64,000 nucleotides of DNA from Waterburya sp. (GCA_965217895.1 CBDCJV010000002.1:4032001-4096000), one strand, 5' to 3'. Numbered from the stretch's first letter, positions 38,435 to 49,400 are shown. Made by a program: numbers and translations. Notes: a model not told the origin generated them from the sequence alone.

Positions 38435-39724
38435 TTAGATTAACTTCAACCCCAGACTAATCCCCAAAGCGATAGCACTTGATAAATAACCAATTTTTGC
38501 TAAGGGGCTATTTGTCTTGCCAATAGGTATTTGCCACCAAAAGTAAGCAAAAAGCACAATTTCCCCGACTGTAATCGCTGCTGCTATGCTTACCGCTTCT
38601 TGTATGCCCCAAAATATACTGCTGAGGGTAACTAGCAAGGCGGGAGTGATTATGGCAAGAATAGCCCCCTGGGTTTTTGCCTGAGAGTCTAATTTGGCAA
38701 TCTCGACTGCACCCAATTCGGTAATACCAATGGCGATCGCCGCAATAATGGCGATCGCTATATTGACTAAAGTTAGTTCTGTAGAGCGATCGACAAAGCT
38801 TAAGCTCCACGTGGCTGCGGTGCTTAAACCAAAAAGTCCCAATGTACCGACAATTATTGGTTTAGGCCAGATATTTAATTGGGAGTCATTAACTGCTACA
38901 ATACTACTAGATGTAGTTATAAGATCTAATAACGCATCTTGTGCAGCTAAAGCATTGGGAAAACGTTTACTTACTTTGGCATTAGTCATTTTGGCTAACC
39001 ACTGTCTCCAGTGGAGATCTAACTCTGGCAATAAAGATTTTAAGCTTAGTTGATAAGGGTCATCTGCCGATGTAAAGTCACGAATCTCGCTAATATTTTT
39101 GTTTGTTATTAGACAGACGAGAGTAACTCCCAAGCTATATAAATCAGAAGAAAGAGTTGGTTTAATAATTTGTTCAGGAGCAATAAATCCAGGAGTTCCC
39201 TTAAAGACGCTGCTACCAGATGCTTCAATACTACCTAAGCTAGCAAATCCAAAGTCAATTAAATACACCTGAAAGTCTTCAGACAATAAAATATTTTCAG
39301 GCTTGAGATCTCGGTGGATTATAGGAGGATTTTGTTGCTGTAAATAAACCAAAATTTCAATAATTTTGCAGGCAATTTGTTGGACTTCAAATAATGATAA
39401 TTGCCTAAAATTGTTCAAATTAGAGGCTGAGATGTATTCTTGGATTAAACAAAAACCATCATCTGTTTCTATGCTGTCTATATATTTAGGAATTCCAGGA
39501 TAATTTAGTTTTTGTAACACTTTTATTTCCTGTTCATAAGCTTTATATCCTGACCAAGTTGAGCCAGTCGTCGCAAAGCAAAACTGCTTGATTACTACTG
39601 TACGATCGACCTGTTGATTATTTAAAGCAACTCCTTTCCAGGTTATGCGCCCTCCTTCGCGATTCCGCCCTAATTCGGCGTTAATTTTATATCCGTAAGG
39701 TATCAAATTAGGATAATCATTCAT
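38435..39724 (-). CDS. Ser/Thr protein kinase with multi-TM C-terminus
   Basis: VVIK, HRDLKPEN, DFG, GTPGFIAPE, SDLYSLG; about five hydrophobic segments after the kinase domain. Confidence 0.92.
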   Translation of the reverse strand: MNDYPNLIPYGYKINAELGRNREGGRITWKGVALNNQQVDRTVVIKQFCFATTGSTWSGYKAYEQEIKVLQKLNYPGIPKYIDSIETDDGFCLIQEYISASNLNNFRQLSLFEVQQIACKIIEILVYLQQQNPPIIHRDLKPENILLSEDFQVYLIDFGFASLGSIEASGSSVFKGTPGFIAPEQIIKPTLSSDLYSLGVTLVCLITNKNISEIRDFTSADDPYQLSLKSLLPELDLHWRQWLAKMTNAKVSKRFPNALAAQDALLDLITTSSSIVAVNDSQLNIWPKPIIVGTLGLFGLSTAATWSLSFVDRSTELTLVNIAIAIIAAIAIGITELGAVEIAKLDSQAKTQGAILAIITPALLVTLSSIFWGIQEAVSIAAAITVGEIVLFAYFWWQIPIGKTNSPLAKIGYLSSAIALGISLGLKLI

Positions 39725-40183
39725 GTTTAGTTCTAAATACCTATACTCGCAAATAATATTAGTAAATTTTTGACAATAGTTTAAAATATGTTGAGCAAAA
39801 TTATTTATAGTAATTATTAGCCTAAAAATATTAGGCTAGGGTAGCAAAAACAAGCTAATTTTTAATACACACAATGAATTAGCAATAGTTCAGGTTGTTT
39901 TAATTCTTCATAACTGATTTAAAGAAAACATGAGGTTCAAAATAAGATAAAGTTTTAGCAAATTCAACTGTAATAAATAAGACATTGATAAAGTTTAGAT
40001 ATGCTATATTCTTATGTTACTAATAATACACAAAAACAATGAAGCTGTAGGCTAAAAACAATTGCGTTGGCGTTCAAGGGATCTAAAATTTATTTTTAAT
40101 TTATAAGCAGCATTAATCATAACAATTAGTTAACTAAATAAATTAGTAGTTAACTGTCAAGAAGTATCGACAGCACACACATA

Positions 40184-40660
40184 ATGTCAATCAAAACTAT
40201 CTTATTAGTAGAGGATAATCCTGACGATCGCGAGTTAATGACCCTTGCTTTCTCACAAGGAGAAATTTCTCACAACTTAGTCGTCGTATCCGACGGAATT
40301 GAAGCTTTAAACTATTTATTAGGGAATAATTCTAACAATGAGCCATCTGCATCGTTAACTGAGTCAAATTTGCCTCCAATGCCAGCCTTAATCATGCTAG
40401 ATCTCAATTTACCAAAAATAGATGGAATTGAAGTTTTAAAGCGTATTCGCGCTCATCCACAGACAAAATTAATCCCAGTCGTAATTATAAGCTCTTCAAA
40501 TGAGCCACAAGACCTCATTGACAGTTATATTAATGGTTGCAACAGTTATATTCGAAAACCGATACACTTTACACAACTACAAAATTTTGTTAAGGAAATA
40601 AGTACGTATTGGTTGACTGTTAATCAGTTACCACCTGTTTTTGGAGTCCCAAATGAGTAA
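40184..40660 (+). CDS. Single-domain response regulator (Rcp-like)
   Basis: LLVEDNPDD, MLDLNLPKIDG, SSNEPQD...SY..G.NSYIRKP, YWL C-terminus. Confidence 0.9.
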   Translation: MSIKTILLVEDNPDDRELMTLAFSQGEISHNLVVVSDGIEALNYLLGNNSNNEPSASLTESNLPPMPALIMLDLNLPKIDGIEVLKRIRAHPQTKLIPVVIISSSNEPQDLIDSYINGCNSYIRKPIHFTQLQNFVKEISTYWLTVNQLPPVFGVPNE

Positions 40661-42410
40661 ACTTCTGCGAGTCTTAATTGTTGAAGATTCAGAAGATGAT
40701 GCCGAACTACTAGCCATTGAACTTGAACAAGGTAATTATGAAATAACTTATCAAAGGGTTGACACTAAAGCAGATATGCAGGCTGCTTTACAGAAACCTC
40801 AATCTTGGGATATTGTGCTAGCTGATTATTCCATGCCCCAGTTTAGTGCGATCGCAGCTTTAGAACTATTAAAAGAATACGATCTAGATCTGCCCTTCGT
40901 CATTGTTTCGGGCAAGATCGGCGAAGATACGGCAGTAGCAGCGATGAAAGCAGGCGCTCACGACTATTTAGTCAAAGGCAAGCTATCTCGCCTAATTCCT
41001 GCCGTTGAAAGAGAGTTAAGAGAAGCAATACTGAGAGAGGAATATCGCGCTGCCCAAAAAAGACTCAGATATCTCGCCTTTTACGATAAGTTAACCAATT
41101 TACCCAACAGGACTTTATTTTTTGAACACCTCGGCCGTGAAATAGCTCGTCAGCAAGAACAAAAAGCTGATAATCAAAGCTTAAAGGGGGATAGATCATC
41201 AAGTACTTTAGCTGTTTTATTGCTCAGTATCGATCGCTTTGAGGGTATAAAGCATAGCTTAGGTTACGAAATTAGTGAGCAGCTACTAATCTCGATGGCT
41301 CGCCGACTAGAAGAATATATCAGTGAAGATGATTTTAATCTTGTTGCCAGGATCGGTGAAGACGAGTTTGCCTTGCTAATTACAAATATTAATAGTCCTC
41401 AAGATATTACGAATCGGGCTGAAAAACTCTATCGACAGCTAATTAAACCTTTTACGATCGAAGGCACTACAGTTTGCTCGACGGTCAGTATTGGTATTGC
41501 TCTAAATCGCAGCGACAATCAGAATCCTGCCCAGCTTTTGCAGTCAGCAGATACGGCTATGGGGTATGCCAAAGTTAATTTTGTTAAAACTTCGGTTTTA
41601 TTTAATGAACGAATGCGAAGCAAGGCAGTAGAAAAGTTACGGCTAGAAAACGATTTGCAAAAAGCGATCGACAACAAGCAACTATATCTCAACTATCAGC
41701 CCATAGTTTCTTTAGAGACTGGCAAAATTAATTGTTTAGAAGCTTTAGTTAGGTGGAAACATAATTCCCTTGGTTTAATTCCACCAGTCAAATTTATTCC
41801 TATGTGTGAAGAAACTGGTCAGATTATTGCTTTAGGTAAATGGATACTTTCTGAAGCCTGTTCTCAATTAGCAGCTTGGCAAAAGTTGTTTACTGCTAAT
41901 GCTCCACTGACAATGAGTATTAATTTGTCCCGTATCCAAATTTATCATCCCGAACTAATTCCGCAAATAGACTATCTTTTGGAGTCATTAAACTTAAAGG
42001 GAAAGGATCTAAAGCTAGAAATTACTGAAAGTACGCTGATGGAAAATACGACCGCAGTTACAAAAGTTTTAGAACAGTTAAAAGAACGAGATATAAAACT
42101 ATGTTTGGATGACTTTGGTACTGGTTATTCTTCTTTGAGCTATTTGCGCTATCTGCCTGTAGATACGGTAAAGATAGATCGCTCTTTTATTGGATCACAG
42201 ATTAATAATACTAATTACGATATTATTAAGGCAATTATTAACCTTGCTCATAGTTTAGGTTTGGACGTTATTGCCGAAGGTATTGAAACAAAGGCTCAGT
42301 TGGAAATATTACGCAGTTTAGGCTGTGAATATGGACAGGGATATTTTTTGGCTTATCCTCTCAATAGCCAAGATGTTATGAACGTGATGCAACGCCGATC
42401 TATTATCTAA
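40653..42410 (+). CDS. REC-GGDEF(degenerate)-EAL protein, probable c-di-GMP phosphodiesterase
   Basis: REC domain; GGDEF site reads GEDEF; EAL domain with EALVRW, EITES, DDFGTGYSSL, AEGIE, GQGY. Confidence 0.9.
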   Translation: MSKLLRVLIVEDSEDDAELLAIELEQGNYEITYQRVDTKADMQAALQKPQSWDIVLADYSMPQFSAIAALELLKEYDLDLPFVIVSGKIGEDTAVAAMKAGAHDYLVKGKLSRLIPAVERELREAILREEYRAAQKRLRYLAFYDKLTNLPNRTLFFEHLGREIARQQEQKADNQSLKGDRSSSTLAVLLLSIDRFEGIKHSLGYEISEQLLISMARRLEEYISEDDFNLVARIGEDEFALLITNINSPQDITNRAEKLYRQLIKPFTIEGTTVCSTVSIGIALNRSDNQNPAQLLQSADTAMGYAKVNFVKTSVLFNERMRSKAVEKLRLENDLQKAIDNKQLYLNYQPIVSLETGKINCLEALVRWKHNSLGLIPPVKFIPMCEETGQIIALGKWILSEACSQLAAWQKLFTANAPLTMSINLSRIQIYHPELIPQIDYLLESLNLKGKDLKLEITESTLMENTTAVTKVLEQLKERDIKLCLDDFGTGYSSLSYLRYLPVDTVKIDRSFIGSQINNTNYDIIKAIINLAHSLGLDVIAEGIETKAQLEILRSLGCEYGQGYFLAYPLNSQDVMNVMQRRSII

Positions 42411-42527
42411 TTAGAAGACTCAGCGGTATCCGCGATTGACAGCTATTAGCTTTTTAAGAATTATTAGTACATAAAATTCTACCTGCTATCTACTACCTAA
42501 TCTTCACAGATTAATTAGTGCGTCACA

Positions 42528-44039
42528 TCAGTTATGAGCTATGTTGCGTAAGCTGCGAGTTTGTTCGAGAATATCTTCAATGTCTTCTTGAGAGAGGCGT
42601 TCGACATAATTAATTTTGATTTCTTCTAGTAAGTCAATTAGTAAAAGCTCAATTTTGTTCATGCTTTGTTGTGCCTGTAGCTCACTAGAGACGGATTTGC
42701 CGATGTTATCTACCAGACTTTCTAATAAACGATCAAACTGTTCATCTTCTGCCAGTGCTGCTTGTAAGGTACTGCTAAAGGCACTGTAGGTTTGAGAAAC
42801 TAGCTGATGACTCAGGGTAGTCATAGCGCGATCGCCTCCAGGGAGCATTTTGATGCCTTGATAGGCTGGGCTTTGTCTTAAAGCTTTATCGACGCTATAT
42901 ATTAGTAGAGTTTCTGCTTCGGGCTGAATGGCAGGTAATACGCGATCGGCAAGGACTTTGGCTAAGATCCTGATAATTTCGGCGGTTTCGTTGGTGTCAT
43001 TGATGTCAATGTAGGGGTTAGCCGTTTGTTGAGACAATAATTTGCCTAGATCGCCATTACGAATTGAAGCTTGTGTTTGATTGATTAAGCGAATAATTAC
43101 CACTTCTGTCACGTCTTCGGCTATGCCTGCTACTAATCCTTGGCTTAACTGTTTCTGAATAGAATTAAGATTGATAATTTGTGCCTGACTCAAACGAACC
43201 GTAACGGGAATAACTCGCAGCCAACGCCAAAAAGGAAGCAGAAACAATATATCGTACCAACGCCAAAGCATAGCATCTAGCCAGCTTACACCCACTCGAC
43301 GACGGCTAATAAACCAAGTGCGTCCCAAAAATTCTAAGGCAAAAAGCACTCCAAAAGGAAAATCAATCACGCCAAAATAATCTATATAGCCACCATTATC
43401 ACCAACAGCACGATAGTAGTTTGTCGCCACTAAAGGTTTAATTTCGCGATCAAAAAAGTTTAGTTCCTCAGTGACTTTGCCCTGAAAATTATTAGGAGTC
43501 CAGTATTGCCAAAATGCTGCCTTGGCTGAATTATCTCGGTTGGGGAGGTGCGATCGCATTTCATTTTTAATCCGTTCTAAATTCCCTGTTTTGTTTGCTT
43601 CAGAAAAAGCATTGGTTTGAATAATCTCAATACTGCGACGACGGAGATCCCCGAAAAGATTTTTGGCTACAGGAGAATCAACGTCATTTACAGCTAATTC
43701 TTTTCTTAACTGCTCTACTTTGGCTAAATACTCTTGGGTGTCTCGGTTAGGAATTATGCCCTTGATGGCATCATAGCGAGTAATAAATGCAGATATATTC
43801 GCAGGAATCAGATCTAATTTTATGCCATCGTATTTGATGTAAGCCGTCTTAATGCCGCCGACTGTAACTTGACCAGATAGCCAAAAATCTCTTAAAGGAA
43901 TATAGCTAAGATCGAAAGCGACAATGGTTATGTTAATTACAGCCACTAAAGCCATTAACTTCTCAAACCAGAGATTAGGTCGATATTTTCTAGTTCTTCT
44001 TTTAGGTAATCTAGTGACGATAGTCATTTCATTTACCAT
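42528..44039 (-). CDS. Membrane protein with voltage-sensor-like segments and helical C-terminus
   Basis: TM1, large loop, IDFPFGVLFALEFLGR and WYDILFLLPFWRWLRVIPVTVR; overlaps the TetR stop; alternative ATG at 44027. Confidence 0.7.
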   Translation of the reverse strand: MVNEMTIVTRLPKRRTRKYRPNLWFEKLMALVAVINITIVAFDLSYIPLRDFWLSGQVTVGGIKTAYIKYDGIKLDLIPANISAFITRYDAIKGIIPNRDTQEYLAKVEQLRKELAVNDVDSPVAKNLFGDLRRRSIEIIQTNAFSEANKTGNLERIKNEMRSHLPNRDNSAKAAFWQYWTPNNFQGKVTEELNFFDREIKPLVATNYYRAVGDNGGYIDYFGVIDFPFGVLFALEFLGRTWFISRRRVGVSWLDAMLWRWYDILFLLPFWRWLRVIPVTVRLSQAQIINLNSIQKQLSQGLVAGIAEDVTEVVIIRLINQTQASIRNGDLGKLLSQQTANPYIDINDTNETAEIIRILAKVLADRVLPAIQPEAETLLIYSVDKALRQSPAYQGIKMLPGGDRAMTTLSHQLVSQTYSAFSSTLQAALAEDEQFDRLLESLVDNIGKSVSSELQAQQSMNKIELLLIDLLEEIKINYVERLSQEDIEDILEQTRSLRNIAHN

Positions 44040-44674
44040 TGTTCATTGTTCAAAACTCCCCGTAAAAAGATATCAGAAATACCTTCAGCCATTTCCTGCA
44101 TGGCTTGAGGTGATGAATCAGGATCAAGAATTGTTTCTTCAGAAAAACCAGCGATCGCAAATATGCCTAAAAATACTTTGGCGACTATTTTAGGATTCAT
44201 TTGACGATAAATTCCCTTGTCCATCGCGGTTTCAAAAAAAGCTTCTGCCACATCGGTCATCTTGTCAATTACTTCTGCTTGAATACTGTCTCTTAATTCA
44301 GGATGATATTGAGCCTCAATGAAGCAAACTCGCATCAAATCGCTATTTTTACGCATATTCAGCATTCTACGTCGCATCACTTGCGAAACTGCTTTATAGT
44401 TGCCCATTTCGCTAAGTTCCATCAGTAAATCTGTTAGAATATCAACCCATCCAGCAGTAGCTACTTCAATTAAAATTGCTTTTTTATTAGTAAAGTGACG
44501 AAACACAGTTCCCTCAGCTACTTGTGCTGACTTGGCTAGATCTTTAGTGGTTGTGCCATCATAGCCTTGGCGAGCAAATAGCTTTAGTGCAGCCTGTAAA
44601 ATTTTAGTGCGGGTGTCCTTCTCTGTAGAAGGAGTTTGACGCATTTTCCAGGTTTGCTGAGAAAAAACTGGCAT
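44033..44674 (-). CDS. TetR/AcrR family regulator
   Basis: ILQAALKLFARQGYDGTTTKDLAKSAQVAEGTVFRHF..KK helix-turn-helix. Confidence 0.93.
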   Translation of the reverse strand: MPVFSQQTWKMRQTPSTEKDTRTKILQAALKLFARQGYDGTTTKDLAKSAQVAEGTVFRHFTNKKAILIEVATAGWVDILTDLLMELSEMGNYKAVSQVMRRRMLNMRKNSDLMRVCFIEAQYHPELRDSIQAEVIDKMTDVAEAFFETAMDKGIYRQMNPKIVAKVFLGIFAIAGFSEETILDPDSSPQAMQEMAEGISDIFLRGVLNNEQW

Positions 44675-44886
44675 AGTAATTGTTATTAATGAGTAATTAT
44701 GATGGGCTTAATAATATAGCAAGATTGGAAATATCTATTTTTCCCTAATATTTTGCCAGGAATTGCTTAATATTTCATAATAATTCTCTTTGGTTACAGG
44801 TTACAGTGAAACATTATTTACCAGCTTCTTGACAGAAGCAGCAAGCATGAAAATTAAGATAAAATATAACCGCAGTAAGATTATAC

Positions 44887-46527
44887 ATGGCTAAATTGAG
44901 ACATTTTTGGATATATTGGCTGAAATTAAGCAGATTGAATCGATTTTTTGCCGATCTAAATTACTTTTGTAAGTATACACAAGCGCAATGGATGAGTCTT
45001 ATGGCGAGTCGTAAACTAAGCGTATGCTTAATTGCTTTATTGTTCTGGAATTTGGCGGGGATGTCTGCTTTGGCTGCACCCCCAGATAAGTCAGGTACTT
45101 CAATTAAGCCTTATCTAAATCGGGTAATGGAACAGATAACGGAATTTACTCTAGATAATGGTTTAAAGTTTATTGTTTTAGAAAACCACGAAGCTCCAGT
45201 AGTTTCTTTTGTCACCTATGCTAATGTTGGTGGTGTTGATGAACCCGATGGTAAAACGGGGGTGGCTCACTTTTTGGAACATTTGGCATTTAAGGGTACT
45301 AAAAAGATTGGCACAACTAACTATTCTGCAGAAGCTAAAGAATTGAATAAGTTAGATCGCTTATTTGCCGACATTAAACAGGCACAAAAGTCGGAAAATA
45401 ATGCCAAGCTAGCTAAACTCACTGCTGAGTTTGTTGCCACTCAGGAAAAAGCCAGTAAGTACGTCAAGCAAAATGAATATGGCGAAATTGTCGATACGGC
45501 AGGTGGGGTAGGCTTAAATGCAGCTACTTCGGCTGACAGTACTACCTATTTTTATAGTTTCCCTGCTAATAAGCTAGAACTATGGATGTCTTTAGAATCA
45601 GAAAGATTTTTAGATCCCGTATACCGAGAATTTTATAAAGAAAAGCAGGTAATTTTGGAGGAAAGACGGTTGCGTACCGATAATTCTCCCATCGGTAAGA
45701 TGATCGAGGAATTTTTAGATACTGCTTTTACCGTTCATCCTTATAAACGTCCCGTAATTGGCTATCAAAAGGACATCGAAAATTTAAGTAGAGAGGATGT
45801 TCAAAAGTTTTTCCAAACTTACTATGTACCTAAAAATTTAACTATGGCGATCGCAGGAGATGTCGATCCTGTTAAAGTTAAAGAATTAGCTCAAACCTAT
45901 TTTGGACGATTTAAACCTGAACCTCAACCACCTAAAGTAGCTAAAGTTGAACCGCCTCAACAGCAAACAAGAGAAGTTACCGTTAATTTTCCTTCCCAGC
46001 CTTTATATTTAGAAGGCTACCATATCCCCGCCTTAAATGATCCTGACTATATAGTGTATGAGGTTATTTCGGAACTACTTAGCAGCGGTAGAACCTCTCG
46101 TCTCTATAAGTCTTTGGTAGAAGAAAAACAGGTGGCTTTATCGGCACAAGGCTTTAATGGTTTTCCCGGAGACAAATATCCTAATTTGATGTTAGTTTAT
46201 GCCTTAACTGCTCCAGGTACTAGCATTGAACAATTAGCAACTGCTTTGCAAGGCGAGATCGAACGTTTAAAAACAGAAGCGGTCAAACCTGCGGAGTTAG
46301 AACAGGTGAAAACTCAGCTTAAAGCAGGTTTGTTGCGAACCCTCGATTCTAATATGGGAATGGCAAGTATATTAGCAGAATACGACGCTAAAACAGGTAG
46401 CTGGCGCAATATTTTTGATGAGCTAACCAAATTAGAACAAATCACTCCCCAAGATATTCAGCGAGTAGCTCAAACTACTTTTACAGCCGAAAATCGCACC
46501 ATTGGACGTTTACTACCCTCTAGCTAA
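44887..46527 (+). CDS. M16 (pitrilysin/insulinase) family zinc peptidase
   Basis: HFLEH zinc motif, LDNGL, NAATS.D.T.Y, EERR, HPY.RPVIG; true start may be 44988-45001. Confidence 0.92.
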   Translation: MAKLRHFWIYWLKLSRLNRFFADLNYFCKYTQAQWMSLMASRKLSVCLIALLFWNLAGMSALAAPPDKSGTSIKPYLNRVMEQITEFTLDNGLKFIVLENHEAPVVSFVTYANVGGVDEPDGKTGVAHFLEHLAFKGTKKIGTTNYSAEAKELNKLDRLFADIKQAQKSENNAKLAKLTAEFVATQEKASKYVKQNEYGEIVDTAGGVGLNAATSADSTTYFYSFPANKLELWMSLESERFLDPVYREFYKEKQVILEERRLRTDNSPIGKMIEEFLDTAFTVHPYKRPVIGYQKDIENLSREDVQKFFQTYYVPKNLTMAIAGDVDPVKVKELAQTYFGRFKPEPQPPKVAKVEPPQQQTREVTVNFPSQPLYLEGYHIPALNDPDYIVYEVISELLSSGRTSRLYKSLVEEKQVALSAQGFNGFPGDKYPNLMLVYALTAPGTSIEQLATALQGEIERLKTEAVKPAELEQVKTQLKAGLLRTLDSNMGMASILAEYDAKTGSWRNIFDELTKLEQITPQDIQRVAQTTFTAENRTIGRLLPSS

Positions 46528-46814
46528 ATAGGTTCAAGATTAACCACAATAACGTCTTCATTGCCTTATAGCTGACAGTCTAACGAGGCAATGAAGCTAT
46601 CTCTTCAATCGCGATCGCAAATTATACTAAATTCGATTGGAAAAAGTATCTTAAACATTAAGTTGGTAGTTCGTAGTCTGTGGTTTGTAGTCAGAATTAT
46701 ACTACTTACTACCTAACAATATAAGTAACCTACGCCAATAGGATTTAGTATTACTCAGGCTTTTAAACAAATAGCGATCGCAATATACAAACAACCAATA
46801 ACCAAGCCAAAAGT

Positions 46815-48818
46815 TTACTCTTTTAAAGATGAGCTGGTTTGAGCAGGGTTGTCTGAGGATTTGTAATTTAGCTTTAATTTATTTGCTAGAGCGTGATTTA
46901 ATTTTTGAGATGCACCAGGGTATTGTGGTTCTATCTGTAGCAATCTGCTATAAATTTTTACCGCACCGTCCCAATTATTGACCAATTCCAACTGTTGACC
47001 CAAGAAAAAATAGGAATCTACATTATTAGGGTTATTGCTAATTTCTAGCTTTAAAAACTCTATTGCCTCTTTATGTTTGCCCTGCTTGCTTAAAATTTCG
47101 CTGAGGCGATAATAAGACTGAGAAAATAGAGGATTTAAGACGATCGCTTTATAATAATAACTTAAAGCCTGTTGTGATTGACCCTGATCTATTAAGGCAT
47201 TACCCAAATAAAAGCGGTCCATAGCTGTACCGATTTTTGGTTCAAGAGCCAAAGCCAACTGCATTTCTTGAATAAATTCTTCTTGCTTGCCTATTTTAAA
47301 CAAGGTTCTAGCTAGATTTAGGTGAGCCTTAGAATACTGAGAATTAAGGTCTATAGCTTTACGATAGCAGGCGATCGCATATTGCCATTTTCTTTTTCTG
47401 CCATACAGGTTTCCCAAATCAGTATGAACTTTAGGGGAGTTAGGTTGCAGCTTAGATTGCTTGTAATAGCGTTCGATTGCCTTATCTAGTTGAGTTGCAG
47501 GAGTATTAATTTTCGTTTCCTGAGAATCATGCTTTAACTGTTTTGACCAAAGTTCAGAGCTGGCTTCGTCGTTGTAAGGCGGAGCAATCTCTGACTCTTG
47601 CGGGGAAGACTTTTGCTGACTTGGTTTTGATTTCGTAGCTGCTGGTAGTACAGGTTGAGCCATGCTGAGATCTAAAGCTTTTCGATAGTATAATGCTGCC
47701 TGTTTCCAGTTGTTTTGCTGCTCTAATTTTTCAGCGAGCAGACAGTATGTTTCTACTGAGGGTTTTGCATCAAATAGAGCCTCATCATCTAAATCTGAAC
47801 TAGCTGCTTGAGAAACTGTTTCTAATTCTCTAGCTCGATAAAGATTTAACTCAGCTTTATCAGAGTTCCCCAACCGCTGCCAAACTTCAGCTAGGCTGCG
47901 ATAGATGGTTGCACTAGGTCTAATGATAATAGCTTTTTGATAATGTTTGACTGCCTGCTGCCATTTTTCTTGTTGAGTGTAAATATCGGCAATTCCGGCG
48001 TAAACCTCAGCTAGATTGGGTTCTACCTCTACCGCTTTGGCATAGCATGACATCGCCTCCCCAGTTTTCCCCATTCTTTGTAAAGCGTTACCCCAAACTT
48101 TGTAAGCCTCTGCCATGTTAGGCATAATTTGCACTGCTTGTTTACAGGCTAGTGCTGAACGTTCCCATTCCTGCTTTTCTGAATGTTCTAATGCTTTTTG
48201 GAGATAAACCTGCGCTGTTTCCCAGTCAATATCCTTAGATTGCTCTGGATTGATGGTTTTGAGAGGTTTTAAAAAAGAAGGAGATATACTATTTGGCTCA
48301 ACTTCAACTTTAGAACGAGGCGGTTGAGGGTCAGAAGTTTTGCTTAAAGCAGAATCGATCTTAGTTAGAGGCTGAAAAGAAAATGCTGCTTCTTTGAGAG
48401 TAAAAGTAGGAATAGGAGGGCTAGGAGAACTAGCTACGTTCGCTCTAAATAGCTGTTTTTTTGTGTTTCCCGTCAAAGCTTTGAGATTAATTGCCTGACG
48501 ATAATAGTTAGCAGCTTGTTTGGCGTTGCCATGATTTTTCAGCCCTGTTGCTAGTTTTTCATAAGCAACTGCTAAATCTCCCTGTTGTTTTAAACGTTCA
48601 GCTAGGCGTTGCTGAATCTCTATTAGATGAGGATACTTTTCTATTGCTAAACCGTAGATTGCTAAAGCTTCGCTTAATTTGCCTTGTTCCCAGAGAACAT
48701 CAGCCTGAGCAATTTGTGTTTCCCATGAATCATTAGCATCAGAGTTTGAAGAAACTGCTGAGTCAGATTGTTTTTTTCCCGTTTCCAAGGGAAGCAGGTT
48801 TTGAAATAGCTTAAACAT
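46815..48818 (-). CDS. Tetratricopeptide repeat protein
   Basis: Many TPR motifs (A...Y.KA....P) in clusters separated by S/P-rich linkers. Confidence 0.88.
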   Translation of the reverse strand: MFKLFQNLLPLETGKKQSDSAVSSNSDANDSWETQIAQADVLWEQGKLSEALAIYGLAIEKYPHLIEIQQRLAERLKQQGDLAVAYEKLATGLKNHGNAKQAANYYRQAINLKALTGNTKKQLFRANVASSPSPPIPTFTLKEAAFSFQPLTKIDSALSKTSDPQPPRSKVEVEPNSISPSFLKPLKTINPEQSKDIDWETAQVYLQKALEHSEKQEWERSALACKQAVQIMPNMAEAYKVWGNALQRMGKTGEAMSCYAKAVEVEPNLAEVYAGIADIYTQQEKWQQAVKHYQKAIIIRPSATIYRSLAEVWQRLGNSDKAELNLYRARELETVSQAASSDLDDEALFDAKPSVETYCLLAEKLEQQNNWKQAALYYRKALDLSMAQPVLPAATKSKPSQQKSSPQESEIAPPYNDEASSELWSKQLKHDSQETKINTPATQLDKAIERYYKQSKLQPNSPKVHTDLGNLYGRKRKWQYAIACYRKAIDLNSQYSKAHLNLARTLFKIGKQEEFIQEMQLALALEPKIGTAMDRFYLGNALIDQGQSQQALSYYYKAIVLNPLFSQSYYRLSEILSKQGKHKEAIEFLKLEISNNPNNVDSYFFLGQQLELVNNWDGAVKIYSRLLQIEPQYPGASQKLNHALANKLKLNYKSSDNPAQTSSSLKE

Positions 48819-49364
48819 TAGCGAATTAAAATAATAGATAAATATTTTTACTTAGATCAATTTAACGGCAAGGGGAATTGACTACTGCAAACAGGCTATA
48901 TTCCGAGGTAAAAACTAGCTTTTTTTTAACCATCTCATATTTACAATTTACAATACAGAAAGATCGGTATTTATACATAAGTATTTACTAAATTTTAAAC
49001 GCATTATCAAAAAATTTACCTAATCTTTAATTTGTTAGGTATTTAGATTTTATTTTTTTAGAAAAAAACAGACTTATATTCGTTAAATGCTGGAATTTTA
49101 GTAGATATAAGCGCAAAATATAGCTTCACATATGAACCTTGGGACATTTGGTTAAATTGCTACTTTCTACTCCCTACCTCTTACTTCTTACTTATTTTGT
49201 ACGTCTATAAATAAATTCGCGCTGATAACCTTCCAGTGATTTTGCAAAAAAAAAGAGTGCCTTAACACTCAAGATAAAATTTATAATTGCTTAATGACAA
49301 GCCGATATATAGCGATTTAATTTTGATTCGTAATGTCACAGAGAAACAATTTAATTTTCCTGCT

Positions 49365-49400
49365 CCGTCCCTTTGTCGGAGGAAACCTCCGACGGGGCGG
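49365..49400. repeat. GC-rich hairpin (dispersed repeat or terminator) downstream of nrdB
   Basis: CCGTCCC...GTCGGAGG-AAA-CCTCCGAC-GGGGCGG. Confidence 0.55.
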
